A DNA stretch of 64,000 nucleotides, taken from assembly GCA_965263355.1 (NCBI GenBank), contig CBDHHL010000032.1, positions 96,001 through 160,000 of the forward strand, in the 5' to 3' direction. Made by a program: the position numbers and the translations under genes. How positions within the stretch are numbered: position 1 is the first letter of the stretch; each line of letters begins with the position of its first letter. The notes under the pieces were generated by a model. It did no database searches, was not told the DNA's origin, and was given only the letters and a program-made list of their open reading frames with translations. Source of the stretch: Leptolyngbyaceae cyanobacterium (GTDB lineage Bacteria > Cyanobacteriota > Cyanobacteriia > Phormidesmidales > Phormidesmidaceae). This document shows, in pieces, positions 20,983-30,563 of this stretch.

Positions 20983-22437
20983 CTATCTTGATATGATCAT
21001 TCCAGGCAGTAAAATCTCCTTCACTTCCATAATGATCTTTGGTGAACTGAGAAATAGAGCGACTATATAAACTACAGCACCTAGAATAATGCTCAAAGAT
21101 AAAAGCAAGAGATCACTGTGAATCCACTCATTCACTAAATTTTGCATTAAGAAAATGGCTGTTGCCATGATTACTGTGGAGAAAATAGCAGGTGTAAACT
21201 GACGCAAATATCTGACTAAATCAATCTTAATCAACTTCTTAGTCAGAATTAGAGGAAATGGAGACAATAGATATCCTCTAATTACAAATCCTATAGCTAC
21301 AGCAACAATTCCCCATCGAACTAAGCCTAAAAATGCAACTACATTACACAAAACATTAAAACATTGAAAGCCCAGCCGCCAAGAAGGTTTACCCATGGAT
21401 ACTAAAATAGTTCCATTAAATTGGTTAATAGATTGAAGCACACCACTGAATGCTAGAATCCTCATCACAGGAACACTGGGTATCCAATCTTCACCAAAAA
21501 GGCTCTGGACTAATTCAGGTGCTAATACTGCCATGCCTATAAAAGCTGGAAATGAGATTAGGCTGGTGTATCGAGTAACCTTATAAAAAGTATCTCGTAG
21601 TCTCTCTAAATCATTTTGCATTCGAGAGAATGTTGGGAGAGCAACTTGATTAGTAACATTAGTTAGGAGCTTAATCATCACCAGCAGTAATCGATAAGCA
21701 ACGCTATAGTAACCCAGTGCGACTGGCCCCAGAAAATAACCGATCAACATGTCGTCTGAACGCCTAACAAAGAAATTTAGAAAGTTAAAACCTACAACGC
21801 TAATACCAAAGGGAAATAGCTCCTTAAAATGGTTAGAAGAAAATTTAAGTCTTGGCCGCCAGTTGCTTGAACTCCATAGCATCAGAGCACTTATGAAACC
21901 AAATACTATCTCCTTAATGACTAAGCTCCAAACGCCTAAACCCATAAGGGCAGCTCCAATTCCGGCTATCCCACAGGCTACTGTTGCAACTAGAGAGCGG
22001 GCTGCAAAAACCTTAAACTGCATATTGCGCTGCAAGATTGCAGTCTGCACACTGCTTAGTCCTAAAAACAGAAAGCTGATGGACATCCATCTGATAATGG
22101 GAGCTAACTCTGGTTCATTGTAGAAATTGGCAACTACCTCAGCTCCAGCTAAAACTACAAGCAAAAATACTCCCCCCATTAGAACACTTGTCCAGAAAGC
22201 TGTATCTAGGTGTTCTGGTTCCAGCTCATCCTTTTGAATAATCGCTTGGGCAAATCCTTGATCTAAAAAGATCTGCATAAAATACATAAAGACATTGGCT
22301 AGGGCCACTAAACCAAATGCTTCAGCGCCCAATAACCGAGCCAACAACAGAAAAATTATAGTTGAGACAAGCTGTGCACCCCATTTTTCTAAAGCAGACC
22401 ACATTGCCCCTCGAACTGCCTTCTGTCGTAAACTCAT
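20983..22437 (-). CDS. wzx: Wzx/MOP-family polysaccharide flippase
   Basis: LARLLGAEAFGLVA, DQGFAQAIIQ, LGYYSVAYRL; many TM segments. Confidence 0.92.
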   Translation of the reverse strand: MSLRQKAVRGAMWSALEKWGAQLVSTIIFLLLARLLGAEAFGLVALANVFMYFMQIFLDQGFAQAIIQKDELEPEHLDTAFWTSVLMGGVFLLVVLAGAEVVANFYNEPELAPIIRWMSISFLFLGLSSVQTAILQRNMQFKVFAARSLVATVACGIAGIGAALMGLGVWSLVIKEIVFGFISALMLWSSSNWRPRLKFSSNHFKELFPFGISVVGFNFLNFFVRRSDDMLIGYFLGPVALGYYSVAYRLLLVMIKLLTNVTNQVALPTFSRMQNDLERLRDTFYKVTRYTSLISFPAFIGMAVLAPELVQSLFGEDWIPSVPVMRILAFSGVLQSINQFNGTILVSMGKPSWRLGFQCFNVLCNVVAFLGLVRWGIVAVAIGFVIRGYLLSPFPLILTKKLIKIDLVRYLRQFTPAIFSTVIMATAIFLMQNLVNEWIHSDLLLLSLSIILGAVVYIVALFLSSPKIIMEVKEILLPGMIISR

Positions 22438-22562
22438 AAAATACTACTCACATTTTAGAGAGAACAAATTTTTGATTTGGTAATGGCTGCTGTTGCAGCC
22501 ATTACGCTTTTTAATTAGCTTTTCCACGGCCTATGCATCCTGACTCAAAATCAAGCACTGAC

Positions 22563-23495
22563 CTAGAAAGCTCCAAAACCAGTAACTACCTTGGGCACTG
22601 TCAACAGTAACAACTTTAGATCTTCCAGAAATGTCCACTGGCGTAGATAGTCTAAATCCATCCGGTTAACCGATGTTAGATCACTCACATTGGATCGTGC
22701 GGTGACTTGCCACATCCCTGTCATCCCAGGGAGTGCTCTCAATCGCTTCCGCAACATTGGCTCAATGCGGACTGCATCGTATAGGGCCCAGGGTCTTGGT
22801 CCAACTAAACTCATTTCCCCACGCAATACATTTAACAGTTGTGGAAATTCATCTAAACTAAACTTTCGTAACCAATATCCCGCCTTTGTAACCCGTGGAT
22901 CTCGTTCCAGTTTATGAAGTCCTTTTTGCTGTCCCATTACCTTATGGTGCCGAGCCTCTGCATTAACCTCCATACTACGGAACTTACAAATCTGAAATAG
23001 TCTGCCTTGATAGCCAACTCGCCATTGGCGAAACAAAATGGGGCCAGGGGAATCTAACCATATCCATAGGGCCAATAGCCCCATCAGTGGACTCAACGTC
23101 ACCCCGAGCAAACAGGCGACGAACCAATCTGCTAGACGCTTTACACGCCAGGAAATAGGTTGGCGGGTTTGAGGCAAATCAAACACGTTGGGTACTGTTA
23201 AATAGACCTGTTTCTTTGCCACATGACACAGGTCTGCCCAAGCCTTAAATTTCGATGAGTCCATTTCTGGAGAGAGGTATACTCGTTTAACTGGTGAGCG
23301 CCGTAAGCAATCACGTAACCAAGTTTTATCTCTAAGAGCAGACATTTCAGCCTCTGCCTCAGAATAACGGGGGCGTACAATCAGCGAATCTTGCTCCCAA
23401 GTTAATATGCAGTCCTCAAAAGCAGACGAGGTTCGCTTAGTAGTTGGTACTTCAAAAACGATCGGGGTCTTTAATAAAACAGTGGATGTAGTCAT
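22563..23495 (-). CDS. HepC-like initiating sugar transferase (Bac_transf domain)
   Basis: KRLAD..SPGPILFRQWRVG..KFRSM..LRKFSLDEFPQL.NVLRGEMSLVGPRP; cyanobacterial HepC-type N-terminal extension (WLRDCLRRSPVKRV..WADLC). Confidence 0.9.
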   Translation of the reverse strand: MTTSTVLLKTPIVFEVPTTKRTSSAFEDCILTWEQDSLIVRPRYSEAEAEMSALRDKTWLRDCLRRSPVKRVYLSPEMDSSKFKAWADLCHVAKKQVYLTVPNVFDLPQTRQPISWRVKRLADWFVACLLGVTLSPLMGLLALWIWLDSPGPILFRQWRVGYQGRLFQICKFRSMEVNAEARHHKVMGQQKGLHKLERDPRVTKAGYWLRKFSLDEFPQLLNVLRGEMSLVGPRPWALYDAVRIEPMLRKRLRALPGMTGMWQVTARSNVSDLTSVNRMDLDYLRQWTFLEDLKLLLLTVPKVVTGFGAF

Positions 23496-23614
23496 AAATC
23501 TGAAGAATCTCTTGATAGAAAGCCTGGTTCAAGCTAGTCTGTTGCCTTAAAATTACGTTTATTTTGAGTAGATTTATCAGGAATAAATCTACATGTTGTC
23601 CCAGTTGTGCAGTC

Positions 23615-25870
23615 CTAGCTGCGCCAGAGCATTGCGGGTTCTCTAGAGACTTTTGCAGCCCCATTCCGTTCATATAATCTTTCTGGCCGGGTACTCTCTC
23701 GATGCCAATTAGCAACAATGCCGATGGTGTTGACTTGACTGAGCATGGTTATGGCATGGTTCAAGTCAGCTTGAGTAATGCGCTCTAATCGAGTAACCAT
23801 AATCGAAGCACTACACATAGATGCGAGCTGCAAACCATCGGCAAACCCTGAGATAGCAGGAGCATCAACAATTACCAAATCATAGTTTGTCTCAGCTTTT
23901 TCTAACACTTGTTGCATTTGCAAGGAACTGAGCAAACTGATGGGATCCTCTGGTATTGTCTCTGCTAATAATACATCAATATTAGTTTCTGAGTGTGACA
24001 ATGACACAGGTGAAATGGTTGTCTTACGCCAGTAAGTCAAGTTACTGTCTAACTGGGGTAATCGATCTTGCACATCTGACAATTCTAGGTATTGATGTAG
24101 AGATGGATTACGAAAGTTAGCATCTATCAGTAAGACACGTTGATGGGCACGGGCTGCACTCATTGCCAACCCAATGGATAATGTTGTCTTACCTTCCTCA
24201 ACTAAGGCTGATGTGACCAGCAGTGAAGATAATGGTTGACGGTTAGTCAGTTGGATCGTTTTGTAAATCAAATCAACGGCATCTTGAAACGGTTGACTTT
24301 GACTCAAAGCAAATGAATTAGCAGTAACCTGTCCTCCGTCAAACAATGTAAACAGCGGGTCTGTCTTGTTTGCGGATATTTCTGGAATAACGCCCAAAAG
24401 GGGTAAAGTCACCTGTTTTTGTAGTTCATCTGATGTCCGGACGACGGTGTCTATGGCTTCCCTGCCAAAGGCCAGGGCTCCACCTAAAAACAGTCCTGCT
24501 ACAATGCCTAACAGCACATTCTGTTTAGGTTGAGGTGAAATTTTCTCACCTAACTGCGAGGATTCCACAATATTCCAACTAAATCCACCCTGAGCTAGTT
24601 CATTGCTTAATTCCTGACGTAGCTTCAGAAGCTGTTCTAGGGACTGCTGTTGTATCTGAGCTTCAGGTTGAATGCGATCATATTCTGCAATTAAGCTGGG
24701 AAATTGGTCAAATTCAGTTTGCAGTTGTTGTGCAGCTTTCGCCAATCCTTCTCTTCGTGCCTCTAAACTTTGTAAACTAATGTTTGCCGCTACCAGATTA
24801 CTGACTAACTCTAAGTCAATTGCTCCCAATTGTCCCTCTTTGAGCAAAGCAGTTTCATTCAAATCAAACTGTGCTGGAATTTCTCCTAAGGTGCGTTCGA
24901 CTTCTGCCTGCAACAGTGAAATTCGTCCCTGTCTTTGGGCCATCAGATCTTGCACACCTGGATCGGCTGCGGCATAGAGGGATTGTCGTTGCTCCAGTGC
25001 TAGCTCCGTCTCTTGTAACGCAGTGAGAAGCTTCTGGTAACGAGATGATTGGCTCAACCGTGAGGCCATTAAAGCAGATTGAGGATCGGCTTTCAGTTGC
25101 TCTTGCAGGGCATTATATTCAGCTTGAACGTCAAGATATTGCGTTTCAACTTCTAGTTGGGTTTGCTCTATTTGTCTAAGGGATTCAGCCACTGTGAGGG
25201 ATTGCTGTTCTGGATCAATTAGGTTTTCTGTTTCGCGAAACTGCCTCAACGTTTGACGAGAGATAGCAAGGTTTTTTTGAACTTCTTCAATTTGTTGATT
25301 TACTAAAGCTAAACCACGTTTGAGGCGCTGTTTCTGTTGTTGCTGATTATAGTCTAAATAAATATTACCTAAGGTATCTAAAAATGATTGGACCACAGCC
25401 GGATCTTTGGCACGGAATGTCGCTTCAAAAATTCCGGTTTTGGCATCGCCCTCAGAAACCTGTGACAGTGTTAATGCGTTTTGGAACCGTTTAGCACAGT
25501 CTGTTAGTGATTCCTCTTCGTTGCATAAGTCTGGGTAATCAGCACGCAGTTGATCGACTGTTTGTTTAACAAATGATTGACTTCGCATTAAATTTAGTTG
25601 GGTAGCATAATCTGTTTGCGATGAAGAGGAACGCCGTCCCTGTTGCTGACTATTGGTAATATCAACTGTCTGACGATAGTTAGGTTCAACCAATAGCTGC
25701 ATCGAACTTTGATAGATGGGGTCCTCTTTTAGGGTCAATGCGATCGCAATACCAACTGTCCCTACGATAGCTCCCCCAAACCAGACAAACCGCCTCACAA
25801 GTATAGTCAGAAGCTGACCATAGCCAATCTCTGGCTTATCTACAGTGGGAGAGAATTGTGTCGCCTGCAT
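23615..25870 (-). CDS. wzc: Wzc/GumC-family polysaccharide co-polymerase with kinase-like domain
   Basis: Two TM segments flanking a coiled-coil periplasmic domain; VTSALVEEGKTT Walker A, LLIDAN, VIVDAP. Confidence 0.9.
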   Translation of the reverse strand: MQATQFSPTVDKPEIGYGQLLTILVRRFVWFGGAIVGTVGIAIALTLKEDPIYQSSMQLLVEPNYRQTVDITNSQQQGRRSSSSQTDYATQLNLMRSQSFVKQTVDQLRADYPDLCNEEESLTDCAKRFQNALTLSQVSEGDAKTGIFEATFRAKDPAVVQSFLDTLGNIYLDYNQQQQKQRLKRGLALVNQQIEEVQKNLAISRQTLRQFRETENLIDPEQQSLTVAESLRQIEQTQLEVETQYLDVQAEYNALQEQLKADPQSALMASRLSQSSRYQKLLTALQETELALEQRQSLYAAADPGVQDLMAQRQGRISLLQAEVERTLGEIPAQFDLNETALLKEGQLGAIDLELVSNLVAANISLQSLEARREGLAKAAQQLQTEFDQFPSLIAEYDRIQPEAQIQQQSLEQLLKLRQELSNELAQGGFSWNIVESSQLGEKISPQPKQNVLLGIVAGLFLGGALAFGREAIDTVVRTSDELQKQVTLPLLGVIPEISANKTDPLFTLFDGGQVTANSFALSQSQPFQDAVDLIYKTIQLTNRQPLSSLLVTSALVEEGKTTLSIGLAMSAARAHQRVLLIDANFRNPSLHQYLELSDVQDRLPQLDSNLTYWRKTTISPVSLSHSETNIDVLLAETIPEDPISLLSSLQMQQVLEKAETNYDLVIVDAPAISGFADGLQLASMCSASIMVTRLERITQADLNHAITMLSQVNTIGIVANWHRESTRPERLYERNGAAKVSREPAMLWRS

Positions 25871-25935
25871 ATATCTGCGTCCTTTTTATCATCAGCCGTT
25901 CTAGATGCGCTCAGCCCCTATTTTTCATCATCATG

Positions 25936-27045
25936 TCAGTGGCGGGCAATCGTTTCGAGATGACTATCATAAGCATCTCGAATAACAGTCATCACCCTTT
26001 GAAAGAAGACATCTTCTGTAAAGCTCTTGAGAACGTGGTCTCGAATGAGATGGGAATCCCAACGAATACTATTAGCCTTAAGCAGTGCTCGGTGTAGAGC
26101 GTCTGGAGACTGACGATAGAAAAACACACCTGTTTTCTCAGGCACTTGAGTATCTAATACACCACCAGCTCCATAGGCAATCACAGGGGTACCGCTAGCA
26201 TTTGCTTCAATAGGAACTAACCCATAATCCTCTAAGGCAGCCACAATGACAGATTTTGCCCGTGACATTAAACTTTTCCGCTGCTCATCGCTGACATGAC
26301 CCAGAAATGAGATATTTGGTAGAGCTGCTGATTCTAATCTCTCTCTCTCAGGGCCATCCCCGGTAATAATCAGTGGCCATCCTAACCAGTTGAATGCTTC
26401 GACCACAATATCTATTCTTTTATACCCTAACAGACGGGATGAAACCAGATAAAATTTATCTTTTTGCTCAGAAAACTCAAATTGATTTGTATTAATCGGA
26501 TAGTTAACTGTGATAGCTGACTGATTGTAGATCCGCTGAATACGCTCAGCAACAACTGTAGAGTTGGAGATATACAAGTCTGGTTTTTTAGCATGGACTA
26601 AATCAACTTCTCTGAGCTTCTGAAAAATTGGTTGAATAATCGGCAGTAATGATTTGTACTTCTGATATTGTTCAACATAGGTATGGGTGTCCCAAAGAAA
26701 TCTAGTGATGTTGTGACAAAAACAAACATGATATGCATCAGGACGTTTAATCACTGATTTTGCAAAACTTGTGGTGCTACTAATAATCAGATCATAGGCC
26801 TGTAAATCCAATGCTTCAAACGCAGAGAAATAAAATGGTGCAAGCAGTCTAAAATTCTTGCTCGCTCCGGGAATTGCTTGAAGTTTAGTGGTATAAACAG
26901 ATCGCTCACCGACATCAATAGTATCGTTTGGACTATATAGCGAGGTATAAATATCGGCCTCAGGAAATTGTTTGCAAAGCAGCTCAAATACTCGTTCTGC
27001 CCCACCTTTTTGGGTTAGATAGTCATGCACCAAAGCAGTTCTCAT
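25936..27045 (-). CDS. Glycosyltransferase family 4
   Basis: MRTALVHDYLTQKGGAERV; EDYGLVPIEANASG. Confidence 0.92.
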   Translation of the reverse strand: MRTALVHDYLTQKGGAERVFELLCKQFPEADIYTSLYSPNDTIDVGERSVYTTKLQAIPGASKNFRLLAPFYFSAFEALDLQAYDLIISSTTSFAKSVIKRPDAYHVCFCHNITRFLWDTHTYVEQYQKYKSLLPIIQPIFQKLREVDLVHAKKPDLYISNSTVVAERIQRIYNQSAITVNYPINTNQFEFSEQKDKFYLVSSRLLGYKRIDIVVEAFNWLGWPLIITGDGPERERLESAALPNISFLGHVSDEQRKSLMSRAKSVIVAALEDYGLVPIEANASGTPVIAYGAGGVLDTQVPEKTGVFFYRQSPDALHRALLKANSIRWDSHLIRDHVLKSFTEDVFFQRVMTVIRDAYDSHLETIARH

Positions 27046-27113
27046 ACTCAGACACTCTCTAGAAAGAACAAAAAATCCAATGGATAGCAATCTAGAGGGA
27101 ACAAAAATTCGTA

Positions 27114-28259
27114 TTAAATGCCAAACAGACGAAAAATAAAATTCAATGGCGAAAATACAGCCCCAAACGCATCGGTTGCACGGGTTAAACCTGAGCGCTG
27201 AACAACAACGGTGTCGTTCGGACGTAATGATGGATTACTGTCTTCGTTAATCCCCTGGGAAAAGTCAACCTCAATATCTCTCTGGGATACTGTTCCATTG
27301 AGATTTAATCGCACCAGGCTTACTGTTGTTTTTTTAGCTCGATTGTTAAAGCCCCCAGCGGCTAATATTGCCTGATTAAGGGGGGTATTTGGCGGCACAA
27401 GAATATTTCCAGGAGCCTCCACCTCCCCAACAACATTAACAGAAATCTCATCGGGTGAAAAGCTTGCAGTGGCTAATTCTGCCACTTCATCTGCATTAAG
27501 ACTGGTGGCCGTAGGAATAATAATGCGATCCCCATCTTGCAATTGTAGATCTTTACTCAGATCTCCTGCTTTTAAGAGATCCCAAAGGTTGACTGAAATG
27601 GTATGAGATTTATTTCCCTGTACCTTACTCCCGACCAATGTATTTTGTAGGGTAGTTTGCGATCGCGGCAAATGACGTTGCACTTCAATCTGGCGAATAT
27701 CTGCTAGTTGCGTAATCCCACCAGCCAGATCAATCGCCTGTGTGAGCGTTGGGATATCAGAGACTGAGGCATTTGCAGTCCCCTCAGCTGTAATTTGATA
27801 GGCACCGGGGCGATGGACTTCACCAGCTACTGCAATCTGAATGGGGCGTGCCTCTAATAAACTAAGTGTTACAACCGGACGTTGAACATAGGGTGCAAGA
27901 TGTTGTTCAAGCTGCACAGTTGCCGCTTGTAACGACAATCCTTCAACATTAATAGCACCGACTATCGGAATCGTCAGACCACCGTTAGACAATATCCGAA
28001 ATTCACCACTGTAATCTGGAATATTAAATACATCAACCCGTAAATAATCTCCAACACCAAGGATATAAGTATCTGCAACAACATCAGTCGCTGCAAATTT
28101 GGGCATATTTGATGTTGTTAAGTGGGATAAAGATTCGCCTGAATACCCCATAGCATGGGGGCTTACAGATGCACCCAGCACCCAGCACATCAGAGTCAGT
28201 TTAGTTAAGAATACGCCCTTAGATGTGTCTAAAAAGACAGTTGAAAAATTCTTTTTCAT
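27114..28259 (-). CDS. wza: Wza/KpsD-like polysaccharide export protein with SLBB domains
   Basis: YILGVGDYLRVDVF Poly_export motif; two SLBB repeats (VAGEVHRPG, VVGEVEAPG); start uncertain (28259-28343). Confidence 0.9.
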   Translation of the reverse strand: MKKNFSTVFLDTSKGVFLTKLTLMCWVLGASVSPHAMGYSGESLSHLTTSNMPKFAATDVVADTYILGVGDYLRVDVFNIPDYSGEFRILSNGGLTIPIVGAINVEGLSLQAATVQLEQHLAPYVQRPVVTLSLLEARPIQIAVAGEVHRPGAYQITAEGTANASVSDIPTLTQAIDLAGGITQLADIRQIEVQRHLPRSQTTLQNTLVGSKVQGNKSHTISVNLWDLLKAGDLSKDLQLQDGDRIIIPTATSLNADEVAELATASFSPDEISVNVVGEVEAPGNILVPPNTPLNQAILAAGGFNNRAKKTTVSLVRLNLNGTVSQRDIEVDFSQGINEDSNPSLRPNDTVVVQRSGLTRATDAFGAVFSPLNFIFRLFGI

Positions 28260-28499
28260 GGCTACTGTCACTAAAACAATAAAATCTCTTAATCGCATAA
28301 GCGATCGCATACTTGTTGGCTGCAGCCACACAACTGCACACAAAATCTTTGCCTAAAGAAGCTAGTCTATTTAGGCATCAGGAATATAGAAACTAAAAAA
28401 CTACTAAGGATCAGTTTCTGAAGAGCACCAGATTGTGCATACCTGCAGATGGTCTATAACAATTCAGCTGGGTACACACAGAGATGAAACGCTAGCCTT

Positions 28500-28515
28500 T
28501 GTAAGTTTAGATACA
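28500..28515. promoter_or_regulatory. Candidate NtcA box upstream of the EPS cluster
   Basis: tGTAagtttagaTACa matches TGTA-N8-TACA; no canonical -10 seen at the usual activator spacing. Confidence 0.35.
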
Positions 28516-28858
28516 GGGTACAAATAGAATTAGATCTTAATAGACTACTAACCTGAAACCATCTATTTAGAATGCTGCGGTCCACTACATATCATTAATA
28601 TAAAACTTCCTCGACTAGAAGAAGTGCGCACAGCGATACCTAAAAATCAGTTGGTTGACAAACTATAGCCTTTAAGAATCTTTAGAACTCAGAACCTACA
28701 AGCATTCTGAAACACTAAGCGTTAAGAATTAAACTGTGTATGTGGGTCTAACATAACTTAAATTTTAAAAATAGACCACACTATCTTTATGTTGTTACTG
28801 CGTAGTTTGTGTAAAGCACCCACAGAACAAAGAGATTCATCCGATATAAGGAGTTTAC

Positions 28859-28999
28859 GGGTACCAACTTAAAGCGCGGGAAGTTTTCCCAAGGATAGAT
28901 GTCAGCAGTCAGGAGCCAGAAGCCATATCCCTTCTCCATTCTGGCTCCTGGATTCTAGATTCCTAGTTAACCAGAATTTCCCGGCTTGAGTGGATACCC
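28859..28999. mobile_element. Degenerate MITE-like element, family B (GG...CC ends)
   Basis: Left end gggtaccaacttaaagcgcgggaagtt vs right end reverse complement gggtatccactcaagccgggaaatt; internal hairpin caggagccagaa/ttctggctcctg; no target duplication retained. Confidence 0.55.
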
Positions 29000-29927
29000 A
29001 AATTAATTTCAAAAATTCTGGGGGACTTTGAAGTCCCGACTCGACTGAGCACTCGCCGAACGTTCAGGATTCCGGGTTGAGTTTTTTTGCATGTCATCCT
29101 GGCGATGGCTCTGTGTAATTTATTTTGCCTACTTACTTACAAATATTTTAGGTTCTACCAGATTTTTTTGAGAAAGCACACCATCTAACGCATTGCAATG
29201 ATCATCGACATAACTAGAGTCTCTAATCTCGCATAGTTTAAGCATTAGCAACAAGGGAAATGATAGTGCTGTTCTCTTCTATGAGAAGAGTATCAACGAA
29301 GGAACAATGGCAACACGACGCTTTTATCCAAGACCTACGACCGTTTGATCAACCAGATGAATAGGTTAGGAAAGGACCTATAGAGATATTGTTGGACATC
29401 AACTCTTAAATGGATAGCCGTTTTGTTTCATGTTGACTAAAATCTTCTATGGACAGGGGGTGTTCCTATTTTTTTATTGGCCTCATAAATCAACTCAGCT
29501 ACGGGCTGACTATGCAATGTTATTGCTACGTTCCTTTGTAGACCGACCTTCAATAACACTGGACGCATTTATTTTTTTTCTCTCAGCAATTAAACTATTA
29601 AGTAGTTCTCTAAAAAGCTGTGATGTATATCAAACATTGAATACGAAGATTCTGATGCCGCATCAATATATGGCTCATTATTTCACTCGTAAAAATAAAT
29701 TTCATCAAAAAGATTTTATTAAGAAGCCACGACATTCATAAAGTTAGTAGGAATAATTCTATGAACACTTCATAGGATGTTTGTAATGCATGGAGTTTGT
29801 CCAAGTTGACACCCTAGGTTCACTGGCGAACACTCAAGTTCAAGGATGAACAATGCCTGTGCTAAAGCTCTTTGAGGCAACCTAGGGGGATTTTTTATAT
29901 AATTGCCGTTTCTTCAGTCCATACGTC

Positions 29928-30422
29928 TTGACTATGGTATTTGTTAGCACCAAACCCACCCTACCGCGCTGGCTCTGCGAAAACGTTTTGTTAGGCACAC
30001 TGCCCTGGCAGCATGGTCTATGTCAGGCTTATAGCGATTTCAGTCAAGTTTACACATTGCACGATTCCTATTTATTAGGCACTTATCAAAGTGCTGAAAC
30101 CTATGGGGAAACTGTTCTTTGTTTACTCTGGGATGCCCTATGGTTGCCTGAAACCATTACCCGTCAAGCTCACCAGAGCGAACCTATCTTTTTATTGATT
30201 AAGACAACCAAAACCCTGGGTATTGCTTTATCTGAAGGGACTTTACCTAAACCTGAGAAGCAAATCCGTCGCATTCTCAAAGCAGAGCATGTTGAAGTGG
30301 ATGACCAAACCGTTTTGGTGATTGATGACACTCAGAGAAATACATTGACAGTTGTATTTTCAGGACAGTTACATTTTCTAGCGGTAGATAACAAGCGACG
30401 GATTCTCAATCTGGCGATGTAA
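29928..30422 (+). CDS. Hypothetical protein
   Basis: 164-aa ORF with plausible composition (motif YTLHDSY); no family recognised. Confidence 0.6.
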   Translation: MTMVFVSTKPTLPRWLCENVLLGTLPWQHGLCQAYSDFSQVYTLHDSYLLGTYQSAETYGETVLCLLWDALWLPETITRQAHQSEPIFLLIKTTKTLGIALSEGTLPKPEKQIRRILKAEHVEVDDQTVLVIDDTQRNTLTVVFSGQLHFLAVDNKRRILNLAM

Positions 30423-30563
30423 ATCACTTCTCAGTTGAAACCTGTAGATTCTGCACCGGAAAAATAATCGTTTTTCTAAATATGGACAAGGTTTAAACTT
30501 CGTCTAATGCCTGTAATCAAGGGCATAGCCAGCTACACTAGGGTCAGGTTAACAAATGTAAAC

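Noticed and set aside
22563..23495. HepC-like gene as evidence of a heterocyst envelope polysaccharide island
   Set aside because: HepC-type sugar transferases also occur in non-heterocystous cyanobacteria; no hepA-type ABC transporter or other heterocyst genes are here.
29430..29741. 103-aa ORF in the EPS upstream region
   Set aside because: AT-rich low-complexity composition with no motif; probably spurious.
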